NCBI GenBank assembly: GCA_040954595.2
Contig: CM082598.2
Location: 682,001 to 746,000, forward strand
Origin: Balanoglossus misakiensis
Taxonomy: Eukaryota; Animalia; Hemichordata
DNA: 64,000 nt
Direction of reading: 5' to 3'
The notes under the pieces were generated by a model. It was not told the origin of the DNA and did not search any database. It worked only from the letters and a program-made list of their open reading frames with translations. Positions within the stretch are counted from its first letter, which is position 1. Each line of letters begins with the position of its first letter. The position numbers and the translations under genes were made by a program. Below, piece after piece: positions 53,882 through 64,000 of this stretch.

Positions 53882-56800
53882 ATGTCTGACATTGCTGGTA
53901 TAATTCAAACAAGAGACTGTTTTACCAAGATGAAGATCTTTCATCATTATCGATCTAAAAGAATAACACTTTTGACAAGTGCGATACTTTTCGTCATACT
54001 TACAAAGCAATATTGGTTTTCAAAAAATACTCCAGATCATTTCAATACAGACTATAATATTCAAGGTCCTCTTGGACCAAAAGTTGTGATCAAGAAACAT
54101 CTAGAGAAACGGGGACCAGGACCATTCCAATTTCAGTCTGGCAAAAAGATTGGAGGATTGGAGAATGAAATGGTCTATCAGTTACCAATACCCTGGAATA
54201 ACAAGAATGTATTCGCTTCAGAAACAGTTGGTAAGTTTTCACGTCTGTTTCCATGGTAATTGATTATGTTCAGTATAAAGCAACAGACCGATAGTGGCAT
54301 TAACATCATCTTAAAAGAAATAAAAATAGATTCTATGTATGTATACGTGGCAATGCCAAGACTTGAAGCTGGTAGTGTCAGTTTTAATGTGACTTACTGA
54401 CCTTCACAGTTTTCCGCATGTAACTCCAAAATCGGCTCTTAAACTTAGGCTATATTCTCCCTAAGAATTCCGATAATTCAACCCATAAAATTTCATCACT
54501 GCCTTGGTTCAAGATACATTACAACCCAACAGAGCTGCGATGTACTTAAGTGTCGCTCAGTAAGATCACAAAATAAAGTGGTGCTGGGGATACTTACTGA
54601 CCTCATTGAACCATTCGTAGAAATCTGATATTTTCTTTGAATTTGCTATTATTGCATGACAAAAAGTCCCACAACCATGGTGATAAATCTTATCCCATGC
54701 CCTTTTTGGAGTTTGAGATTCTAGTAGTCTTATTTGTAACTTGAGGACAAAAAGGAAACTGTATACTGGTGCTAAGACCATAATTCCTGGTGCTGACATG
54801 GACATTACCACTGATAATAAACACTTGCTGTTGTCATTTTATTTTATTACAGATGTTTTCAGTGGCACAGAACAGGGATACCGCGTTGCAAGGTCAGTTG
54901 GATTTCATCTTCACTCAACTGCATCCTAAAAACCATCAGTTGCTGATCAGTCAAACTTGTTTTCTGTGGTAAAGTTGGACCTCTAGAAGGAACTGGGGGT
55001 GAAAGGGTTAAAATCCCACGATCAGCCGACAATAGCTCAGTAACACACAGTCAGAGTCTGGTCACTACACCCATTTTACTGTCTATAGAAAACTTTGTCT
55101 ATAGAATGCTTTTTGTGACATGTGTAGAGTGCTTGAGTGACATCTTCACAATCAGAAAAAATTGTCCTTGCAGTCTTCAATGGGGTATGTCCCTTTAACC
55201 TTCTTATGACCTTATCTGACCTCATTCCCTAGACATAACAGTTTATGAGGACATATAATTGGCATCTTCGTTTGGAGAGAAAATGGGTCAGGGACATGGG
55301 CCATCTGTATAAGCAAAGAATATAATAAAAATGTTCGAGAAGGATAGTGGAAATGCATGTGTATATTTACACAAAAGTTCCACCATAAAGTCATTCTCGC
55401 CAGCAGTAATCACTCACACATTTCAACAAAAACTCCTTCCCTGCCTACTGAGTTTAAGCAAGAAATATATATTCATAATTATAACTTTTCAAATTTACAT
55501 ACGGTTGATTTGTCTGATGATAAATTTGGGGGGGTCAGCCCTCACCCCCAAAACTAGAGGAATGAAGTTTTTGAACTTATGATACTGCCGCCCGTTTGCA
55601 AGTGTCATTATTATATCTTTTAAAATATGTTTCCATTATCCATTGCAGAATACCAGGAATGATTTTCCATGATGGTAAATTTCTGATATTTTGTGAAGCC
55701 CGATCAACTGCACATGACTATGGAAATATGACAATTATTTCCAAGAAAGGAACGCTCTTACCTGACAACTCAGTATCTTGGGAAGCAAGCAAAGTTGTAG
55801 TGCAGATACCCCGAAAAAGGTGAGAAATATTCACAAACCATCTCATCACCACAATGGTTCAGTCCAAACTATTTGTTTCCTATGGTAAAGTGGGAACTGG
55901 GGTGAAAGGATTTACCCTTTCACCCCCAGTTCCCTCTATATAGAGGTCTAACATTATAGAAAACAATGGGTTTGGACTGAACCATTCTCGTGAAAGGGTT
56001 AAAGGACTACAATCACTACTACATATCCCCACATGATTAAAAGCTCTCATGTCATAAAATGTTTTAAAGTTTGCTACTGTGTGATCACTTTATCCCACTT
56101 TATTTACCATAGTAAATAAAGAGAAACTTTTGCATTGGTGGCATCTAAAACAGTGAATTAACACACCTAGCTAAAATAATGTGCTTGATAAATAAGCATG
56201 TTTTACAGAAGTTTATACACAGAAACATAATCTTGTGTCTTTAAAACTTTATTTTTCAATCAGAGTGATGAATCCCACAGTTGTCTACGACAAACTACGG
56301 AATAATGTCGTTCTAGTTTTCCTGGCAATTGAACGACACTTATCAGAACGGGAAATGGTGAGAAATGGTCGACATCAGGTCAGAGTGTGTGTGGTCAAGG
56401 TAAGTACGAGAAGAATCTTTGAGAAAACCTCTCTTTGTAAAGAGCACCATCTAGTGGTATATATATCAGTCAAAACATAGTTACCAATTATATTAATTTG
56501 AACAAATGTTTCTTTTTATTTTGCAGAGCAGCAATTTTGGAAATACTTGGACAGACATTCATGATGCCACAGATTCTACTATCAATAAAGTCCAAAACCC
56601 ACATGTGTCTGCCTATGCACCAGGTAACAAACAATTTCATCTGTGATCAACGTGTTTCACACTTCAGTTCTTTGTCCCAAAGAGTACAATTTATCCAAAA
56701 TGAACATTGTAAACTACAATGTTGGTTTAAATCTAAAATCTTTGAAACTAGAACTTTTACAATTATCTCCATGACTCGAACACTTCATGTAACCTTGTTC

Positions 56801-58776
56801 TTGCTTTCTGAAATGACTCGACTCTAGAAGGCGTAATCATCAATGATGACTTGAACTTTCAGGTCCAGGACATGGCATACAGTTAAAATCCGGAAGATTG
56901 CTTATTCCGGGAAATCTGTATCAGAAAGATTGGAGTGGTCTTGGTAAGTTGTGCACTTAGATTTCATCATTTATATTTGACTCAAGTATCATTTGATGGA
57001 TATTTGAGATTCGTAATCTACAACTATATTAGTCCCTTTGATGTTCAGTTTACATCCAAATATACCAGCTACAGTAGATTCTCCCAGCAGCTATCCGATA
57101 GTTTTCCACCAAAGATATTATAAGAACTGTTCTGGACCGTAAATTCAGCATTGATCGATTATCAATTGTGTCTTCCAGTTGGACCAAAACAATTCTTCAA
57201 CAACAGTGATTACAGTAATGTGATATACAGCGATGATGGGGGTGACACTTGGAACATGGGTGGGATCTTACCCAGATCTAGAGATGATAAAGGAAGAAAA
57301 ATATTTGCCAATGAAGCTCAGGTAAGTTCAGAAAAGTTGAAGCAGGATTAGAAACAGATCTACCTTCGGGTGAGGTCTGGTTGAGATTATCTCTTTACCT
57401 TCCATCCATCCATCATCCATAGAATAATATATCCAATAGAGTTTCTATTGAAGTATCTATAATTTCTGCTGCTGTCTGTAGATCTATATGTAGTTTTGGC
57501 CCTATTTTCTATTGAATTCTATAGAAACATGAAATCTATACAATGCTATAGAACATTTTTCGTAAGGGAACCTTTATTCATCCATCCATCCATCCATCCA
57601 TTCAACATTCATTCATTCATTCGTTCATTCATTCATTCAATTTGACTCTTTCAGGTTGCTGAACTTGACAACGGAGTGGTTGTCATGGCAATGCGTACCC
57701 TGGATCACCACCAGTCTAGAGCACAGGCTTTCAGTTACGACGGAGGATTGTCATTCAGTCGAGCACAAGTTGTTCACAATCTTGTAGAACCTGGCTACAA
57801 AATACATCACAATGTTCTGGTACCAAGGGTGTCACCAGGTTGCCAGGTGAGTTTCTATCATCCAGGGGCCCACTCCCCTGCTAGAATAGAATATTCCATC
57901 ATACATAGGCCCTTTCCAGAATAAAGTATCGCACATAGACGACTGTAGTGTTCTGTGGAAAAGAGCTTTGGAAGAAATCACATCATAGCAGTACAGTCAA
58001 ATTCACTTGGCTGAGCATGTGTATTGGAATACACACATTTCTATGACTGTTTTGTGTATGTTTATTGAGTGACTACATCAATAGCAAACATAGAAAGTAT
58101 GTCTACCTAGGAAAGGATGACTTGAACAGGTACGAATCACCTATACAAAGCCAGTCCCAAAGAGCAATGAGAAGTAAAGTGCCTTGCTCGAGGGCAAATG
58201 TCGTGGCCATGAAGTAACCATCCCTCAGATAGAAAATACACAGCCATGTCTGGGTCTGGGAATGGCACCCACAACTCTTGTGAGTCCGATTGACCACTAG
58301 GCCATGATGTGTGTTTTGTTTGTATCATAAGAGTGGCCCGCTCCAGATCATAGACTATATTTTGTATGGTCAGTGATCTTGTACATTCAATCTTTGAAGT
58401 ATGTGTTGTTCATCCCAATTTCTTCCTCCAACAGGCCAGCATCATCACATTCCCTGCACCAAAAGGAGCCCCTGGTAACCAAACTTGGGCACTATTTTCC
58501 AACCCGGCCAGTGAAACGTTACGGAAATCCATGTCTATCCGGTTAAGTTACGATGGATGTAAAACATGGAGTAATCCATGGACCATTTATCCCTGGTATT
58601 CCGGTTATTCCGACATGAGTTATCTCGGTGATGGAGAATCTGGACAAAAGTTTGCTATTATTCATGAAGGTGGGCATAACTCAGAAATAGATAGTGTTAT
58701 GATGAAAATTTTTACTTTAGATGCTTTGCTGAAAGGACTGACGGAAAAGAGGCATGTGTTCAATAGTAACAGATAA
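53882..58776 (+). CDS. Second sialidase (GH33), about 516 aa, with N-terminal signal-anchor-like segment and stem. Exons 53882-54230, 54853-54892, 55649-55819, 56264-56399, 56527-56623, 56863-56943, 57179-57321, 57655-57846, 58435-58776.
   Basis: ARIP, FCEAR..D, MNP, GPGHGIQL, Asp-boxes SSNFGNTW, SDDGGDTW, SYDGGLSF, SYDGCKTW, NEAQ, GYSDM. The 40-, 171- and 81-nt exons equal those of the - strand paralog. The start could be Met 53882 or 53930. Confidence 0.9.
55845..56002. repeat. Two inverted copies of a short interspersed element; further copies at about 54925-55011 and 16720-16810
   Basis: AATGGTTCAGTCCAAAC...GGGAACTGGGGTGAAAGG followed by CCTTTCACCCCCAGTTCCC...GTTTGGACTGAACCATT. The copies end in GGTGA.AGGGTTA. 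Confidence 0.7.
57578..57639. repeat. (CATC)n/(CATT)n microsatellite just before a splice acceptor
   Basis: Seen directly. A similar (GAAT/GGAT)n tract lies at 37531-37578. Confidence 0.9.
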
Positions 58777-60122
58777 AGTATGTGTTTTTCTTCAATTAAT
58801 CTCCACTTTGCAACTCAAAGTAGCATCTCAGATCAGGTAATATTTTGTCTGATCATTCACTGATAATCAGACTTCCTTTAATAAAAACGTCACCTAATTT
58901 AGCCGCAGTTATTCTAGAAAGCGGAAATCTAACAAATCTTAGATTTTCTCTGGTTGACCATTAGGCTTAGACATAAACAGATGATTGTAATACTTTAAAA
59001 CCTTTGACTGTACCTGAAATAATTATCCAAAACCATTCCGTGAATTCTAATTGTGCAATATTTTGTACGCATCAGATAAATATTGAGTATTGCTCATCTA
59101 CGTGGGAGTTTGGTTCGGAATGACCATTCTCAGTGAAAACAGATAATTATATACCAGTGTTCATCTTATTACATCGGATCCCTGTATTTTCATCATTGAA
59201 AGACAAGAACTATTCCATCAATAGTGCCTGTATTACCACAGAGAGTCGACCCACACCTTTTTTTTTTATAAATCTCTCCTTTATTCAAACTAAAATGTTT
59301 AATCCATGATATTTTTCCATTGGTGTATGGGTATCTATGCAAATGTTGCCATTTACCAGTGAAAGTGGAGATCGAGGCAATCACAGATTTTCACTTGGCC
59401 GTCCATGTGAAAAAAGTGCATGTATATAAACAACTCATTGTGAGAACTCACGAGACTTGGTTAATTACTGTAGCAATGGGCTGCTAACAAAGATATACAA
59501 AGCTTTGTATGAAACTAGAATAGGTACAGAGTTTATGTGTTAAACAAAAATTAAAAGTTTTGTGCTGTTCAACGATAGTCTTTCAATAAATTTAACTTTG
59601 ACTGTGGTTTTGAGGCTTGATTTGTGACCCTTGTTTTACAAATTTTAAAATTAAGTTCCAGAAATTTGCAGCTCAAATACCATCCATGTGTAGTGTGACC
59701 ATTTTTGCAATTATATTTTGATTCACGGGGGATTCTTTATTTGGCCAGTGCCCAGAAACATTTCTTCACTTGTTTGTTATTTATTTTTATTTTTTGTTTG
59801 TAATTTATTTTTGTTCTTATTTAGTTCAATTCATTGTGTTTCGCATAGTTTGTTTTATTTTACCCCCATCCTTGGTTTCTGTTCTGTAAATGTTTTATTT
59901 TTATCATTTTCCTTTTCTTTGAATAAATTCTAGTTTAACATGATGGTCACAACTGCACGTTGCCATGGTTTCTTTTTTATAGTAAATATAGAGTCACTGT
60001 CACTATCAACCCCCTCCCCAGGTGTATATACATGTTATTGTCACCATGACAACTGTTTCCTAGGCAGCAAACATAGTTTACTTCATTGAAATAGGGACAA
60101 TCATTTGCTTTTGAATGGTCTG

Positions 60123-62826
60123 TTATTCCCACGGAGACCATACCCCTCCGTACAATGCTGGATTTGCGTGTTTCACGTCTTGCTGTGGAAAGTTTGGTGG
60201 CACTGATGATGCATAGTACTGTCCTAATCGCCACAACATTTCAGTCACAATCTCTGTCTTTTCTTCGGCGTAGTTGTATTTCTCGTGGGGGTCGGTTGCG
60301 ATGTTGTAAAGTTGCACTGCTTTGCCGTTTACTCTTGGTGGATGAATAGATTCAAAAGTGGACTCTGAGGGCGCCATCCAACTACCATTACCTGTGTGTA
60401 ATAGGGAGAAGTTGGTTGTCATGCACAAGTCAAAACTATGAAAGTTTGTCTAATTAAATAACATTGTGATTTGACGGCATCATTAAATATGGCACAACGA
60501 ATCGTAAAGCTTTAGTAATCCCAGTTTCCTAAGTCATGTGAAAATGTTCCTAGATGTTAAAACACTTCTTGTATGCTACAGATTTTTTGTGAAATGAACT
60601 GTATAGTTGTGCAAAACAACTTTTAAAAATCTAGAGACACTTCACATGGTTTTTCTGGTCTAAGGAAACGATATTGATGGCAATATTTCAACCTACCTGG
60701 GGCTCCAGTTATTAATTTCCAATCACAAACTCTGATCGCTGCTCTCATTGAAATATTGAAGTATGGATTTTCTGAATAGATATCATCCTTAATGTTTCTG
60801 ACTGCAGGGTAGAGGGGATCTATGTGAAGTAACATTTCCTGACGCACTGATGGTGCCCCTTGACTGTAGAAAAGAAACAACAAACTTTTAAAACCTGCCA
60901 CCTGTTTGTCATCAGTAAATGGTGAAAATTTCGACAAATAATAGTATTGTGTATGCTAGATATTGGATAATAATAAGTGCAAGGTACATTGTTGCAACCC
61001 TGAATGCAAACAGGTGTCCAAATCATGCCTTATGTTTGAACAATGCCTGTTTCCCGACCGTGTGTGGACGGACTATGCCCTGGCACAACTATTAGTAGCA
61101 TATTATGTTTTCAAATTCAAATGACTGCTATCCGTGATCTGGTGTTTCATTTTGTAAAACTGTCCTGGTGTCAGACTTTACCTGATGGTTTCCCATTGGT
61201 TATAACCATCTAACTTCTTTCCACCAATCAGACTCCCTCCTGCCACTGTAACCAATGTTGGGAACCAATCACTGATATGTATTAGCTCCTTGCTGATGGT
61301 TCCTCTGACCCGGTCGCTTAGCAACGGACTGGTAACAAAGCCTACACCTCGAACACCACCCTCATACAGTGTTCCTTTACCACCCCGTAGTGGCCAGTTG
61401 CTTCCAAAGAAGTGAAGACCACCATTATCTGAGCAATCAGAAAAACAAACAACAATCATTCTTGGTCTGGTATAAACAAACCAAAACTATTGAATCAATT
61501 AGTATAATAAAAAAATGAGCAATCATCAATATCACTCATTACTAACTCAAATCAAATGAAAGCACAGTGACTATCCAACAATCAAATCGTAGCAAGAAAA
61601 GTGCAGAATACCTAATCTTAATAATTACCTGTTGAGAATATTAACACAGTATTTTCCCACAGTCCACTCTTTTTTAACGTCATTGTAATGTTACCAACAG
61701 CCTCATCCAAACAGGTGATCATCCCAGCATAGATGCGTCGTGACTCATCATTGGGCATGACATCATTGTATATATCTGAGTATTTAGATGGTACTTGTAG
61801 AGGAGTGTGGACAGCTTGAAATGATAGGTATAGAAACAATGGCTGGAAATGGACAATGGTAATAATCAATCATACAATAAACAGCTGTCTTTAGTTTTGT
61901 GTTCTGTACGGTGAATAACTCATACTGTTGGAACTTGTGTGGTATCCATGTATAAATATTTTAATCTGAAAAGATCATCATACCATTTTGAAACTTAAAT
62001 ATCCAACACGATAAAGACCCAACAAGTTCAGGAGGATACAGATCATTGGCCAATTAAGTCCCAGTTATTTGAATATAAGCAGAACCAGATGTACTCACCG
62101 TGTTTACATTGTGGTTCATAATAATATTCTGCGCTTCATTTGCATAAACGTGAGTTGAATATTGTCCACTGTACTCTTGGACCACAATATCATCATTTCT
62201 TCTGAAATCCCACCCATTGAATGGACCTGTACTGATATTATGGCTGTAGTAATCTTCCATAGCTTGGTAAAAACCTGTCAAATGTTGAATTTACAGGATA
62301 AGCTCTTAAATTGCAAGAGAAAAGTACTAAATATCAATCATGGAACTAGTAGACCAATTTATGAGATTTCTGTTTGAACAAACCATTCTAAACCACAGCT
62401 TTCTGTCAAAGTAACCATTTTAAACCACAGGTATCTACGATAGTATAACCATTCTGAACCAATATATCTCACATTATGCCTACTCTAAACCCAAACCAGT
62501 ATACTTGAGAAAACTTAAATGCCCCACGTTTTGGTAAGGGGTTGAACCAAAGCAACCTCAGTCAACTTCAAAAACCATTTACTAACCAACTATCCTACCA
62601 CCAGGGTTTAAACAGTATGCTTGGTGTTTTTTTACTCACCGAGAAAATTGTCAAAACCACGATGGTTTGGTAAGCATTCCTTCCTATAAAATCCTAGGTG
62701 CCATTTTCCAACCATATTTGTTGAGTAGCCATATTCTTTGAGTTTCTGTGGCAGTGTGATCTCATTGAATGGAAGACATAGTGGTTGCATCATCAATATT
62801 GTCCCATGTTGTAAACCAGTATGGAT
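60123..62826 (-). CDS. ARSB: Arylsulfatase B-like (ARSB/I/J family), 5'-partial. Exons 62826-62640, 62274-62099, 61842-61629, 61428-61182, 60863-60697, 60391-60123.
   Basis: [74 protein letters not shown]-terminal GVWSPW. The first exon with the CxPxR motif was not found and probably lies beyond the window. Confidence 0.92.
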
Positions 62827-64000
62827 CTGGTAAAAGATGAATGATGAAATGTTATACATTCATCACTTGCTTTATAGAAAGGGAAAGTTTACACTTGGTG
62901 ATTTATGTGGTCAACATTTTCTACTGTATAAAATGATGCATTCATAATTGTGACAACTTCCAGGCAGAAAGTGCTACAGATCAGGTTGCATGGACATATT
63001 GCCTCTCTTAATTGTAACATCAGTCCTGTCCAGACTATCAGATTGACAGATGTTGTAAAAGCTGTGTATACAAAATCCAACTGCTTCTGTCCATTCTGTC
63101 AGATGTTTACACATTTGCTGACACTTTGAATATGTGTCATAATGGTATCTGAAGCAGAACCTTTATGGATCTTAAAATTGGCCAAATCTCTTGTTTTCCC
63201 CTTTTATGTGCAATGGTGAAGATGTGTTGTTTTAACAGCAAGGACTATGTGATCTATAACTATTTGTCATAAGTTTTGTCACATTTTTATGTATCGCCAG
63301 CCTAATTTCGACATATGAAATAATTTCTTCAATCAGAATACATATGCATGTCTAGGTGCCTGTGCAGAATGGGTATTTAATTGCATAGCAGTTGGTGGAC
63401 ACACAGCTGGTACATGAGTTACAATGTGCAGTGCAAATACTCAATGTACATAATATTTGAATTATCTGGTGATTGATGCAATGCTTTATTTTTTTAGTCA
63501 TCTTTATTTTGATACAAATGTGGATCTGATCATGACTACCTTGACTCTAATACCCATGCTGTAACCATTAAAATGAAATGATAATTTGATAAAAAATATC
63601 ACTGATAAAAAGGAAACAATAATTTAATATCACAGATCATATCTTGATGAAGAATTCTAAATATACTGATTTTCTGTTAGTGGATATTTCAGTTAGGTAA
63701 AAGGGAATTTATGGCAGTGTATAAAACAAACATTATGTCATGGATTTGATGGTTTCAAACAAAATATGTGTCTGATGTGGGATTATAGGAGTTTGAAGTG
63801 TCGTTATCATTGTGTGTATACTCCATTAAATTTCAGTAATTGACTCCTTAATGACACTAGTCCATTTGAGAGTTCAGTATGCATATTGGCTGACCATGAG
63901 GGCAAGGTTTACCTGGATAGTATGAAACTCTGGTATAAAATTCTTGTCTAAGGTCAAATTCAATGTCATTTACATAATCTTTCAATTCTCTTCAAACAGG

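Overview
Intron-rich animal genomic DNA, probably an invertebrate deuterostome such as a hemichordate (inferred from gene content and repeat style). Six spliced protein-coding genes were rebuilt by hand from splice sites and reading-frame phase: (1) a Cip/Kip CDK inhibitor (- strand, 230 aa); (2) a cytosolic SULT1-type sulfotransferase (-, 295 aa); (3) a pleiotrophin/midkine-family secreted protein (-, 295 aa) with one N-type module and four tandem C-type modules; (4, 5) two head-to-head NEU2/3/4-type sialidases; (6) the 3' part of an arylsulfatase B (-). Most notable: the - strand sialidase has a tandemly duplicated exon pair whose phases force mutually exclusive splicing. The pair swaps a hydrophobic loop, an Asp-box and the segment with the active-site Glu. 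This gene also needs a GC-AG intron. Its + strand paralog lacks that loop but has a type II signal-anchor-like N-terminus. Also present: a Helentron-like element with 237-bp tandem repeats, MITE-like elements, an E-box/D-box/CRE-rich region upstream of the CDK inhibitor, and a 180-nt hairpin with strand-biased G-U pairs behind an orphan promoter. No databases were searched; exon coordinates were read by eye and could be off by a base.
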